In this document: positions 17,669-27,424 of the stretch, piece by piece
Layout of the letters: each line of letters begins with the position of its first letter
Numbering within the stretch: the first letter of the stretch is position 1
Origin: Christiangramia sp.
GTDB lineage: Bacteria; Bacteroidota; Bacteroidia; Flavobacteriales; Flavobacteriaceae
Assembly (NCBI GenBank): GCA_024635735.1
Contig: JAGXII010000193.1
Span: 1-34,210, forward strand
Length of the DNA stretch: 34,210 nt
Direction of reading: 5' to 3'
Translations under genes and position numbers: made by a program
The notes under the pieces: model-generated
Database searches by the model: none
Seen by the model: the letters and a program-made list of their open reading frames with translations, nothing else
What the model was told of the DNA's origin: nothing

Positions 17669-18112
17669 ATGAAAAATGCAATACACTTTTTAGCAGGAAT
17701 TTTTGTTCTTGGCGTTTTTGCCTCCTGTGGCAGTAACAAGGACCTTCAGGAGCGGGCTCCTGCGCAGTTTAGTGAGGCCTATTATGTTTATACTTCAAAT
17801 GGGATTCAGTTAAATATTCCTGTAGTGGCTATTCAGGATGAAAGAATTTCACTGGACTCTGTCTATTTCCACGGAATGAAGTCTGCACTGGAGAAAAATG
17901 AAGAACAGCCCAATATATATGTGGCAAATTTCCGCATGGGAATGGGTGATAAGGTAATGCATAAAGATCCTAAGAAAGAATACGGAAATACTCCACCTCA
18001 AATGCCTGAGGAAAGCCCTTTCGAAATTAATAAGGATGAAGCGGTTCTGGTATTTACTCAAAACGGAAAGACAAAATTCTATAAACTAACAGGAATTGTG
18101 GAAAAGGAATAA
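17669..18112 (+). CDS. Hypothetical lipoprotein
   Basis: Signal peptide with lipobox VFASC; 147 aa. Confidence 0.8.
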   Translation: MKNAIHFLAGIFVLGVFASCGSNKDLQERAPAQFSEAYYVYTSNGIQLNIPVVAIQDERISLDSVYFHGMKSALEKNEEQPNIYVANFRMGMGDKVMHKDPKKEYGNTPPQMPEESPFEINKDEAVLVFTQNGKTKFYKLTGIVEKE

Positions 18113-18173
18113 ACCCCAAAGCTTTCATAATCCTGATTTATTCAGATATTTGTAATAAATCAACCAACTCCTG

Positions 18174-19616
18174 TTGAGTACTTTAAAAAGATTTTTTCAA
18201 GACACTCTTATTTACGGTTTTGCGACGGTATTTCCACGACTCATGAATTTCGTGCTCGTACCTCTGCATACCGAAATACTTCCAAGGGAAGAATATTCAG
18301 TGAACACAGTCTTCTATGTATGGGCTGCGTTTTTCAATGTTCTTCTTACCTATGGAATGGAAACCTCTTTTTTTAGATTTTTCAGTCAGTCTAAGCAAAA
18401 ATCAACGGTATTCTCCACTGCTTTCATTGCGTTAACCAGCAGTACAGTACTGTTTGCAATTGCGGTTTTTATATTCCAGGATACTTTTATAGGATTAATG
18501 GATCTAGATCCATTTTATTTTCAATTGTTATTTAGCGTACTGGTTCTTGATACCCTTGTGGTGGTACCTTTTGCCTATCTAAGGGCTACAGGAAGGCCTA
18601 TAAAATTCGCGGGGGTTAAGATCATTAACATTTTGATCTATGTTCTACTGAACTTTTATTTCCTTTGGTTCGTAAGGGATTATCCACAGTATGCCCCGCA
18701 GTTTGTCCTTGAGAATTATGATATTAAAGATATTGTAGGTTATATATTCATGGCAAATGTTGCAGCCAGCGGTGTTACTCTATTGATTCTGTTACCTTAT
18801 TTTTTTAGAACCAGGATCGATTTCAGTTTTGATATTTTTAAACAAATGTGGGCCTATGGCTGGCCTATTATGGTTGCCGGAATCGCCTTTGTGATTAACG
18901 AAAACCTGGATAAATTAATGATCAAGGATATGATCTCAGACGAGATTATGGGTGCATACTCCGGTTGCTATAAACTGGCAGTATTCATGACTATTTTCGT
19001 TCAGGCATTTAAAATGGGAGCAGAACCTTTTTTCTTTAATTATGCTCAAAAGGAAAATGCACGGGAAATTTATGCTGAAATCCTGAAGTATTTTGTGATT
19101 TCAGGAGCACTTATTTTCCTGGTTCTGGTGAGTTTTATAGATCTTTTTAAAGAGTTTGTGATAAGAGATCCTGAATACTGGATGGCCATCAGTATTGTCC
19201 CGATAATTTTACTGGCCAATTTGTTTCTGGGGATTTATCACAACCTCTCTGTATGGTATAAATTAACAGATAGAACGCGAACGGGTATGTACATTTCGGT
19301 TTTTGGGGCTTTGGTAACTATAGGGCTAAACCTTGCGCTGATACCGGTACTGGGATTTATTGCCGCCGCCTGGGCCACTTTAATAGCTTATGGCAGTATG
19401 ATGCTTATCTCTTATTTCCTCGGAAAAAGATATTATAAGGTACCCTATAACGTTAAAAAAATAAGTTTTTATTTGTTGCTGTCTATTGGACTTTCTATAC
19501 TTTCCTTCCTGTTTTTTAGGGAAAATTACTGGATGGCAACCGCAATAGTTGGAGCATTTGCTCTCACTGTTTTTTCAATGGAACGTAAACAATTACAAAA
19601 AATAATAAGTCAATGA
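18174..19616 (+). CDS. Oligosaccharide/polysaccharide flippase (Wzx-like, MOP superfamily)
   Basis: TTG start; many TM segments; [34 protein letters not shown] motifs. Confidence 0.88.
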   Translation: MSTLKRFFQDTLIYGFATVFPRLMNFVLVPLHTEILPREEYSVNTVFYVWAAFFNVLLTYGMETSFFRFFSQSKQKSTVFSTAFIALTSSTVLFAIAVFIFQDTFIGLMDLDPFYFQLLFSVLVLDTLVVVPFAYLRATGRPIKFAGVKIINILIYVLLNFYFLWFVRDYPQYAPQFVLENYDIKDIVGYIFMANVAASGVTLLILLPYFFRTRIDFSFDIFKQMWAYGWPIMVAGIAFVINENLDKLMIKDMISDEIMGAYSGCYKLAVFMTIFVQAFKMGAEPFFFNYAQKENAREIYAEILKYFVISGALIFLVLVSFIDLFKEFVIRDPEYWMAISIVPIILLANLFLGIYHNLSVWYKLTDRTRTGMYISVFGALVTIGLNLALIPVLGFIAAAWATLIAYGSMMLISYFLGKRYYKVPYNVKKISFYLLLSIGLSILSFLFFRENYWMATAIVGAFALTVFSMERKQLQKIISQ

Positions 19617-20047
19617 TCGTTAAGGTTATAAACAAATCAAAACATGCGCTGCCTAATTATGAAACCGAAGCTTCCGCAGGGCTTGATATTCGGGCAAATA
19701 TTGATGACCCGGTAGTATTGAAACCTCTTGAAAGAGCTATCATTAAAACCGGACTATTTATAGAATTACCAGTAGGTTACGAAGCTCAGGTAAGGCCAAG
19801 AAGCGGGCTGGCTGCAAAAAAAGGAATTACCGTCTTGAATTCACCGGGAACTATTGATGCCGATTACCTGGGAGAAATTGGGGTAATTCTAGTAAATCTT
19901 TCTAATGATGAGTTTACCGTTCAGGATGGTGAAAGAGTGGCTCAGCTGGTCATTGCCAAACACGAACAGATAGAATGGGAAGAAACCGAAGTTCTTCAGG
20001 ATTCTCAAAGAGGAGCCGGAGGATTTGGAAGCACAGGAAGCAAATAA
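19613..20047 (+). CDS. dut: dUTP diphosphatase
   Basis: [39 protein letters not shown] motifs. Confidence 0.97.
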   Translation: MIVKVINKSKHALPNYETEASAGLDIRANIDDPVVLKPLERAIIKTGLFIELPVGYEAQVRPRSGLAAKKGITVLNSPGTIDADYLGEIGVILVNLSNDEFTVQDGERVAQLVIAKHEQIEWEETEVLQDSQRGAGGFGSTGSK

Positions 20048-20106
20048 ATGATAAAACTTTGCCCTCATCTAAAATTTTTAATGAAGGCAGAAACAAAAAA
20101 ATTAAA

Positions 20107-21117
20107 ATGAAAATTATAGTACCAATGGCTGGTCGTGGTTCACGACTTCGCCCACATACTTTAACCGTTCCAAAACCGTTAATTCCTATAGCAGGCAAGC
20201 CTATTGTGCACCGTCTGGTAGAAGATATTGCGAAAGTTCTGGACGAAAAAATAGATGAGGTTGCCTTCATCATCGGAGAGGATTTTGGCGAACAGGTAGA
20301 AAAAGACCTGATGAAGATCGCCAATTCACTTGGAGCCAAGGGAACGATTTATTATCAGGATAAACCTCTGGGTACCGGTCACGCTATTATGTGCGCGAAA
20401 GAATCCTTAAGCGGTCCGGCGGTTATCGCTTACGCCGATACATTATTCAAAGCAGATTTTAACCTTGATAAATCGGCAGATGCTGTGATGTGGGTAAAAA
20501 AGGTAGAAAATCCTTCCGCATACGGAGTGGTAAAATTAAACCAGAATGATGAGATCGTTGGTCTGGTTGAGAAACCGGAGGAATTCGTTTCAGATCTGGC
20601 GGTAATTGGAATTTATTATTTTAAAAACATCGAAATTCTGAAAAATGAGCTTCAAAATGTACTGGATAATAAATTAACCCGGGGCGGAGAATATCAAATC
20701 AATGATGGTATCGAAGCGATGCGTAAGAATGGTTTGAGATTTGTACCGGGTAAGGTGGATGAATGGATGGACTGCGGGAACAAAAATGTTACCGTGGAAA
20801 CCAATGGCAGAATGCTTAAATTTCTTCATCAGGACGGGGAAAAACTTATCTCAGATTCAGTTAAGATTAAGGATTCAGAAATAACTGAACCTTGCTATAT
20901 TGGGGAGAATGTAGAATTGATCAACGCAAAGATAGGGCCTAATGTATCTGTTGGTGACGGTACAAGAATTGAAAATTCCACGATTAAGAACAGTCTTATT
21001 CAAACAAATTCTGAAATAAAAAATGCCAGTCTTGATAATGCGATGATCGGGAATCATGCTAAATTTGATGGCAACTTTACTCAAATTAGCATTGGAGACT
21101 ATTCAGTGCTGGAATAA
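20107..21117 (+). CDS. Sugar-phosphate nucleotidyltransferase with C-terminal left-handed beta-helix
   Basis: MKIIVPMAGRGSRLRPHTLTVPKPL; start corrected from 19975 to 20107; 336 aa. Confidence 0.92.
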   Translation: MKIIVPMAGRGSRLRPHTLTVPKPLIPIAGKPIVHRLVEDIAKVLDEKIDEVAFIIGEDFGEQVEKDLMKIANSLGAKGTIYYQDKPLGTGHAIMCAKESLSGPAVIAYADTLFKADFNLDKSADAVMWVKKVENPSAYGVVKLNQNDEIVGLVEKPEEFVSDLAVIGIYYFKNIEILKNELQNVLDNKLTRGGEYQINDGIEAMRKNGLRFVPGKVDEWMDCGNKNVTVETNGRMLKFLHQDGEKLISDSVKIKDSEITEPCYIGENVELINAKIGPNVSVGDGTRIENSTIKNSLIQTNSEIKNASLDNAMIGNHAKFDGNFTQISIGDYSVLE

Positions 21118-21126
21118 ATTAAGAAT

Positions 21127-22491
21127 ATGAAAAACCTGTTTATCATACTGGTAGTGGTTTTATCTGCAATTTCTGCAAATGCGCAGGAATTGCCTCAGCC
21201 GCTTAAGGATGTTAATCAGGATGATCTGGGTGTTGTAAGCGATAAGTTTCAGGAGTATTTCTTTGAGGCACTTAAGCAAAAAGGGATTGAAAATTATGAA
21301 AAGGCGATAACAGCCCTGGAAAAATGTCTAACTCTTCAGGACAATAAGGGCATTGTATATTTTGAATTAGGTAAAAACTATCGTGAACTTCAGCAATTTG
21401 ATAAATCTACTGAATACCTTCAGAAGGCTCATGAGGTGAGTCCCGATAAGGAATCTATTCTGGTTTATTTATTCCAGACCTATGGAATGATTGAAAATTA
21501 CGCGGGAGCCATTGCAACGATCAAAAAACTAATTCCATTTGATCAGTCTTACCGGGAAGATCTTGCAAATCTTTATTTGCTGAACGGGGATTATGATCTC
21601 GCCTTAAAATTGCTTGACGAACTTGATGAGCAGCTAGGGGCCAATAGTTATAGAAATTCCTTGCGAAGACAAATTTACGCGCGCACCAATAATACAGATG
21701 CGCAGATAAATAATTTGCAGGAAAGCATTTCCAATAATCCCGAAGAAGAGCAGAATTATTTGAACCTTATCTACATTTACAGTGAACAGGGAGATGATGA
21801 AGAAGCTTTCAGGGTTGCGAAGGAGCTTTTAGAGACCAATCCCGGTTCCTTTCTTGCACATCTGGCTCTCTATAAGTTTTACCTGGATAAAGGTGATCCC
21901 GGGGAAGCGATCGCTTCTATGAAGATTGTTTTTGAAAGTGAGGAGATCGATGCCGAATCAAAATTTAAGGTATTGAATGATTTTCTCAATTTTGTGCAGG
22001 AGAATCCTGAATATGAAGAGGAACTTATTGAGGTTGCCGGTAAACTTTCTGAATGGGAAAATGCGCCTGAATTATATGAGCAGCTCGGGCAGTATTATCT
22101 TAAAAAGGACAATAGAGAGGATGCTCTTACGTTTTTTGAACTGGGGCTTAAAGAAAATCCCGATAATTTTGAGCTGTTAAAGAATACGCTATTACTTCAA
22201 CTTGAGTATCGCAAGTTCGAAAGCGCTGTAGAATTGAGTAAGAATGCTCTTGAGATTTTCCCTTCTCAGCCTATGCTTTACTTATTTCAGGCAGTTGCAC
22301 TAAATCAGCTTTCAAGTTTTGAAGCTGCTGAAAAGAGCCTTAAAGAGGGACTTGATTATCTTATTGATGATACCCGGATGGAAATGGATTTTTATTCTCA
22401 GCTGGTGATTTGTTATAATGGAATGAATAATGCACTGAAGGCTGAAGAGTATCGGCAGAAAGCCGAAAATCTTAAAAAAGAAATTAATTAA
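21127..22491 (+). CDS. Exported tetratricopeptide repeat protein
   Basis: Signal peptide ending SANA-Q; repeated TPR-like helices. Confidence 0.85.
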   Translation: MKNLFIILVVVLSAISANAQELPQPLKDVNQDDLGVVSDKFQEYFFEALKQKGIENYEKAITALEKCLTLQDNKGIVYFELGKNYRELQQFDKSTEYLQKAHEVSPDKESILVYLFQTYGMIENYAGAIATIKKLIPFDQSYREDLANLYLLNGDYDLALKLLDELDEQLGANSYRNSLRRQIYARTNNTDAQINNLQESISNNPEEEQNYLNLIYIYSEQGDDEEAFRVAKELLETNPGSFLAHLALYKFYLDKGDPGEAIASMKIVFESEEIDAESKFKVLNDFLNFVQENPEYEEELIEVAGKLSEWENAPELYEQLGQYYLKKDNREDALTFFELGLKENPDNFELLKNTLLLQLEYRKFESAVELSKNALEIFPSQPMLYLFQAVALNQLSSFEAAEKSLKEGLDYLIDDTRMEMDFYSQLVICYNGMNNALKAEEYRQKAENLKKEIN

Positions 22492-23261
22492 TGTTAAAGA
22501 AAATTTTTGCCCTGATTCTATTATCCTTCTTTGTGGTTTCCTGCGGAAGCAGAAGATCAGCTTCAAAGATAGTTACTAAAGATGCGGAAGCGGTATCGGT
22601 GATCCAGAAGCATTATAAGAATGAACTGGACTTTAAAACCGTATCCGGTAGATTAAAGGCGGTATATCAGGATGAGGAGAGAACTCAATCGGTTAATTTG
22701 AGTTTTCGAATGGAGAAAGATAAAGCGATCTGGATGAGTGCCAGCGTTCTGGGGTTTCCTGTGGCTAAAGCCTATATTACCCCAACGAGTGTGAGTTATT
22801 ACGAAAAAGTTACTCAATCCTATTTTGACGGAGACTTCAGCCTGCTAAGTGATTTTTTGGGGACGCCACTGGACTTTCAGAAACTTCAGAATTTACTTAT
22901 AGGGCAGGCGATTTACGATTTACGATCTGAAAACTATAAATTCACTCAATCTCCAAAGGGTTTTCAATTTGTTTCAGATGAAGCAAATGTGATTAAGAAA
23001 ATGTTTTTGCTGGATCCCCTTAATTTTAAGGCGCAGGCACAACAACTGGCACAGGAGAATGAAAACCGGAGTCTAACGATTACATATTCAGATTATCAAA
23101 AGGTTGCAGGTTATATTTTCCCTGAAAACATAAGAATTATCGCAAATGAAGGTGGAACCGGGACAAATATAGATCTAACCTACAGGTCACTAAGTTTCAA
23201 TGAAGAACTCAGTTTCCCGTTCGAAATTCCTTCGGGATATGAAGAAATCAGTTTAAAATGA
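22491..23261 (+). CDS. DUF4292 domain lipoprotein
   Basis: Lipobox VVSC; RMEKDKAIWMS, LDFQKLQNLLIG, FPFEIPSGY motifs; TAATG overlap with the TPR gene. Confidence 0.82.
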   Translation: MLKKIFALILLSFFVVSCGSRRSASKIVTKDAEAVSVIQKHYKNELDFKTVSGRLKAVYQDEERTQSVNLSFRMEKDKAIWMSASVLGFPVAKAYITPTSVSYYEKVTQSYFDGDFSLLSDFLGTPLDFQKLQNLLIGQAIYDLRSENYKFTQSPKGFQFVSDEANVIKKMFLLDPLNFKAQAQQLAQENENRSLTITYSDYQKVAGYIFPENIRIIANEGGTGTNIDLTYRSLSFNEELSFPFEIPSGYEEISLK

Positions 23262-24481
23262 TTCGAATAAATTACCCAAAATCTCTGATTTGCTTAATGC
23301 TGCTCTTTTTTGCATTCAATTCTGCAAATGCTCAAAACGACAGGGAGGAGCTTGAAAAAAGAAGAATAGAACTTCGAAATGAGATTAAAAGGATTAATGA
23401 ACTTCGTATTTCAAACCAGAAGAAGCAACGATCGGTTTTGGGCCAGGTGGAAGATCTTAATCAACAGATCAAAAGCACTGAGAATCTTATAAAAGTCACT
23501 AATCAGCAGGCTAATTTACTTACGCGTGAGATTAATACAAATACCAATAAAATAGGACAGCTTCGAAAAGAGCTGGAGAAGTTAAAGGAGGATTATGCCA
23601 AGATGATCAGGAAATCCTATAAAAGTAAATCCCAGCAAAGCCGAATAATGTTCCTGCTGTCTTCCAAAAGCTTTTTGCAGGCGTATAAGAGGCTTCAGTA
23701 TATGAAGCAGTATGCGAACTATCGCCAACAGCAAGGAGAGGAAATAAAGGCTCATACAGTCGAATTACAGCAACTGAATTCTCAGTTGGTAAAGCAGAAG
23801 GAGCAAAAGGATAAATTAATAGCCGAAAACCGTAAGACCAGGGCTCAGCTCGAAGAGAATCGCAAGTCCCAACAATCCCTCATGGTTACCATCAAAAAGA
23901 GGGAAGGGGAGTTTGCCGCACAAATTAGAAATAAACAACAGGAAATTGATGAAATAGATCGTGCTATCGATAGGATGATCCGGGAGTCTATCGCTAAGGC
24001 GAATAAGGAAAGTGGATCTTCTTCCCGTGACACGTACGAGCTTACCCCCGCAGCCAGAGCACTCGCTGCCGACTTTGCCAATAATAAAGGAAAACTACCA
24101 TGGCCGGTTAGATCTGGAGTGGTTACCATGCGATTTGGAAAACAACCGCACCCTATAGTTAAATCGGCTATTATTAACAACAACGGGGTACGTATAGATA
24201 CCGATCAAGGAGGAAAAGCAAGAGCTGTTTTTAACGGAACCGTGAGTGAGGTTCAGGCGGTAAAGGGAGCTAATATGGCCGTGATGGTCAGGCATGGTGA
24301 TTATATTACTATTTACAATAACCTGGAAAAAGTTTTTGTGAAAAGAGGGGATAATGTTACTACCGAGGAGGAACTGGGAGAGATTGCCACGAGTAAAACA
24401 ACTGGCAAGACCACACTTCACTTTTTTATTTTCAAAAACACTCAGAAAATGGATCCTGCCGACTGGATTTACCAGATGTAG
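23258..24481 (+). CDS. envC: Murein hydrolase activator EnvC family (coiled coil + degenerate M23)
   Basis: Signal peptide, long coiled coil, NKGKLPWPV, M23 domain lacking the HxxxD zinc motif (NNGVRID). Confidence 0.85.
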   Translation: MIRINYPKSLICLMLLFFAFNSANAQNDREELEKRRIELRNEIKRINELRISNQKKQRSVLGQVEDLNQQIKSTENLIKVTNQQANLLTREINTNTNKIGQLRKELEKLKEDYAKMIRKSYKSKSQQSRIMFLLSSKSFLQAYKRLQYMKQYANYRQQQGEEIKAHTVELQQLNSQLVKQKEQKDKLIAENRKTRAQLEENRKSQQSLMVTIKKREGEFAAQIRNKQQEIDEIDRAIDRMIRESIAKANKESGSSSRDTYELTPAARALAADFANNKGKLPWPVRSGVVTMRFGKQPHPIVKSAIINNNGVRIDTDQGGKARAVFNGTVSEVQAVKGANMAVMVRHGDYITIYNNLEKVFVKRGDNVTTEEELGEIATSKTTGKTTLHFFIFKNTQKMDPADWIYQM

Positions 24482-24510
24482 CGCAACCTTTTGTGCTTTG
24501 CGGCATCTAC
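24482..24510 (+). promoter_or_regulatory. Candidate ECF-sigma promoter, copy 1
   Basis: CGCAACCTTT-N11-GCATCTAC, identical in both blocks and spacing to 32804-32832(-); 13 nt upstream of ATG 24524. Confidence 0.75.
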
Positions 24511-24523
24511 TTAAAAATAGCGT

Positions 24524-25207
24524 ATGAAAACAAAAGTTTTTTTATTACTTCTTCCATGCCTTTTATTTTCATGTAATGGTGATGTTCAGATTGAAGATAA
24601 CAGGCGTTTACTGGTTTCGGGAAGTATCACTGGGAACGCTCCAGATAATATTTCAGTGGTGACGATGGGTGCATATAATATGGAACCCGATGATAATCCT
24701 GATAAAATTCTGGGTTTTGGTAAGAGTAATCAAAATGGAAAGTTTTCATTTACATCGCTGGACACCTATTCTCATAATTTACTTATTTCAATAAACTCTA
24801 AGGTGCTAGATGATTACAAAGAGAACATGGGATCTTATTATTTTTATGATGATTCAGGAATACATCAGCTTTCTTATGATCTGGGAGAAATCAACCTCCC
24901 GCAAAAAGTTTCTTTTGATTTTAATATCGAAAATACTTCAGGCACCTCAGACACTCTTTATTACTCATTTAAATATGAAAATCCGGTAAAGTATTTTGTG
25001 AGGGCCACTAATGATTTTGAGGAGGTTGAGGATAATTCTTATGTGACAGTCTATGAAATTTTGCCACTTTCTGAGCCTCGGGTTCATCATATTGATGTGG
25101 CAGCCGGCAGCGATCTTAAATTTATATACAATTTTGGAGATCAGGCGGCACAGGAAATAACTGTGAGTGTAAATTCTGAAACGAACTCTTATGATTTTGA
25201 ATACTAG
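24524..25207 (+). CDS. Hypothetical lipoprotein
   Basis: Lipobox LLFSC; acidic, beta-rich 227 aa. Confidence 0.8.
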   Translation: MKTKVFLLLLPCLLFSCNGDVQIEDNRRLLVSGSITGNAPDNISVVTMGAYNMEPDDNPDKILGFGKSNQNGKFSFTSLDTYSHNLLISINSKVLDDYKENMGSYYFYDDSGIHQLSYDLGEINLPQKVSFDFNIENTSGTSDTLYYSFKYENPVKYFVRATNDFEEVEDNSYVTVYEILPLSEPRVHHIDVAAGSDLKFIYNFGDQAAQEITVSVNSETNSYDFEY

Positions 25208-25826
25208 AATTTTATTTGTCTTTCTTCTTTTTTCTGTTGTTGGATTTGCTCAGAAAAACGATTCAATTCCTGCTTACCAGTATTCTCCGAACGATCCTGA
25301 AACGGTTTTCTTCGACCTGGAAGCCTTTTATCCTATTGCTTTAGGGAATACTGTTTATAAAGATGCCTATAATTTTGATCCTGGATTTGCAATTAATTTT
25401 AACTGGTTCTTTAAGCCTAATTTTACGCTTGGGGCTCGGCTATCTCAGGTAACGGGACATGCTAAAGACAAGTCTTTAACTGGCAATATAAAATATACCA
25501 ATTTTCAGCTGCTTGGCCTTACAGTTGGCTATTTCCATCCCTTTAATCGTGAGTGGAGTTTACAATCTAAAGTAGGTATAGGAACAACCAATTATCGAAA
25601 CAGATCTCCGGAAGATAGGTTTGAAGATAAAGGAGGGCAGGTATGGTTTTCTGAAGAAGTGGCTTATAGGTTAGGGAAAAGCTTTGCTTTGTTTGCAACA
25701 ACTGGTTTAGAATATCACTTTAACCATATTGACATAGTGCAAGAGAAGGACGATTATTTTAATACTGCAATTTTCGCCAATCTGGGAATAGGTTTGAGGT
25801 GGCATTTACAAAATCCCGGAGGTTAA
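25191..25826 (+). CDS. Small outer-membrane beta-barrel protein
   Basis: Signal peptide (VGFA-Q), alternating aromatic/Gly strands, last strand ANLGIGLRWHL; 17-nt overlap with the upstream gene. Confidence 0.78.
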   Translation: MILNTRILFVFLLFSVVGFAQKNDSIPAYQYSPNDPETVFFDLEAFYPIALGNTVYKDAYNFDPGFAINFNWFFKPNFTLGARLSQVTGHAKDKSLTGNIKYTNFQLLGLTVGYFHPFNREWSLQSKVGIGTTNYRNRSPEDRFEDKGGQVWFSEEVAYRLGKSFALFATTGLEYHFNHIDIVQEKDDYFNTAIFANLGIGLRWHLQNPGG

Positions 25827-26339
25827 TTATTCTTCGAACAAGGCCTTAAGTTCTGTAGCCTCATTTGGTTTCATTTTTCCTGCAAGAACAAGGCTAAGTT
25901 GTTTTCTTCTCAAAGCGGCCTCAAAACGTTGTTTTTCGAGATCTGTTTCGGGCTTTAATGGAGGGATCTGAACCGGAGTTCCGGTTTCATCTACCGCAAC
26001 AAAGGTATATATCGCTTCATTGGCTTTACTTCTTTTACCGCTTTCACGGTCTTCAACCCAAACATCTATAAAGATCTCCATAGAAGATTTAAAAGCACGG
26101 GAAACAGCAGCTTCTACCGTTACAACACTACCTAATGGAATCGCTTTATTAAAAGCTACATGATTAACAGAAGCGGTAACCACAATCCTGCGACTATGTC
26201 TTCTTGCCGCAATACTAGCAGCGCGATCCATACGCGCCAGTAGCTCCCCTCCAAAAAGATTGTTTAAAGGGTTAGTTTCGCTTGGTAATACAAGATCGGT
26301 AAGTGTAGTTCGTGATTCTGCTGGTGTTTTAGCCTCCAT
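25827..26339 (-). CDS. Acyl-CoA thioesterase (hotdog fold, YciA-like)
   Basis: ETNPLNNLFGGELLARMD, VVTASV, YTFVAVD. Confidence 0.93.
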   Translation of the reverse strand: MEAKTPAESRTTLTDLVLPSETNPLNNLFGGELLARMDRAASIAARRHSRRIVVTASVNHVAFNKAIPLGSVVTVEAAVSRAFKSSMEIFIDVWVEDRESGKRSKANEAIYTFVAVDETGTPVQIPPLKPETDLEKQRFEAALRRKQLSLVLAGKMKPNEATELKALFEE

Positions 26340-26352
26340 GTAAAATTTTTTG

Positions 26353-26360
26353 CAAAAATA
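26353..26360 (-). promoter_or_regulatory. sigmaA -7 element (TATTTTTG) for the thioesterase
   Basis: CAAAAATA on +, 13 nt upstream of the ATG. Confidence 0.6.
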
Positions 26361-26395
26361 AGGAGGATTTAGGAGGTTTAGCCGTTAAAGAAGTA

Positions 26396-27325
26396 TTAAA
26401 GTTCCTGAACCAATAACCAGGCTCCTTCATTAGTTTTCTTGACCTCATAAAGTTTATTGATCGCCTCTCTTCGGGATTCATGGCTGGAATATACCACCTG
26501 ATGTAAACCATATTTATTGGCTCCAATCAATCTGGCTTTGTATCCCTCTGCTCGAAGTTCCTTCACTTTTTTATCGGCATTTTCTTCCACTCTAAAAGCT
26601 CCGGCAACTACATGGTAGTTTCCTGATTGTTTTTCAACTTCAAAGGTTACAGATGGCAGGGGATTATCGATTACGAAGGTAGCCTGCTGGATTTGCTCCT
26701 GCAGTTGACTTTCAGCTTCCTGCTGTTCAGCGATGTTGTGTTTGGACACCTGGCTGCTGTAAATATTTAATCCTGAGATGCCTGAAAGCCCAATGGCCAG
26801 AATTCCTATAGCTGCATATTTGAGAATAGAAGAACGCCTACTTTCCGGAGTGAAAAGGATAGGTGTTTTTTCTTCCAGTTTTTCGACCTGTTTCCTGTAA
26901 ACTTCTCTTTGAAGGGCCTGTGTTTCAAATGATGCAAGACCGAAAGAATCTGTAAGGAAGTTTATTTCGCTGGAAGGTTCAAATTGTAGCCTTTCTTCTT
27001 CATCAAGATAAAATTTACCAATATTGGCCAGTTCTGCTTTTGAATCTTTCTGAAGTGAATTTTCCAGGTCGTATACAAACTCCTGGATCATATTATTAGC
27101 AGTTACATACTTGACATTCTCTACTTCGGCAATATAATTTGCCAGCAAACCATCATTCTTAATAAGCTGACGGTTAAAAGAGATTTGTTTTTTTGGAGGA
27201 TGAAACTCTCCAGAAGACTGGCTTATATATGCTGATCGTTTCTGAGATAAGAATGCTCCGAAACCGGGTAAAACAACGCATTCATATCTATAAAGAAGGT
27301 CCTGGATGTAATTGGTAATATTCAT
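26396..27325 (-). CDS. HU/IHF-like (HU-CCDC81) domain - TM - SPOR domain protein
   Basis: N-term IQDLLYRYECVVLPGFGAF...NDGLLANYI; TM YAAIGILAIGLSGI; C-term YHVVAGAFRVEENA...AWLL. Start placed at 27325 (309 aa). Confidence 0.85.
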   Translation of the reverse strand: MNITNYIQDLLYRYECVVLPGFGAFLSQKRSAYISQSSGEFHPPKKQISFNRQLIKNDGLLANYIAEVENVKYVTANNMIQEFVYDLENSLQKDSKAELANIGKFYLDEEERLQFEPSSEINFLTDSFGLASFETQALQREVYRKQVEKLEEKTPILFTPESRRSSILKYAAIGILAIGLSGISGLNIYSSQVSKHNIAEQQEAESQLQEQIQQATFVIDNPLPSVTFEVEKQSGNYHVVAGAFRVEENADKKVKELRAEGYKARLIGANKYGLHQVVYSSHESRREAINKLYEVKKTNEGAWLLVQEL

Positions 27326-27330
27326 TAGAG

Positions 27331-27338
27331 CAAAAATA
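27331..27338 (-). promoter_or_regulatory. sigmaA -7 element (TATTTTTG) for the SPOR gene
   Basis: Minus strand reads TATTTTTG-CTCTA-ATG. Confidence 0.6.
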
Positions 27339-27400
27339 TGGCTTATTGGTAGTTGGTTAAAGTTACCCAAACAATTTTTATTAACAAATCTTTTTTTCTG

Positions 27401-27408
27401 TAATTTTG
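27401..27408 (+). promoter_or_regulatory. sigmaA -7 element (TAATTTTG) for dprA
   Basis: Exact TAnnTTTG 16 nt upstream of ATG 27425. Confidence 0.55.
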
Positions 27409-27424
27409 GTCAAATTATGGCTGG

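Noticed and set aside
19975-20106. 44-aa N-terminal extension of the nucleotidyltransferase
   Set aside because: Overlaps dut; the family N-terminus begins at MKIIVPMAG (20107).
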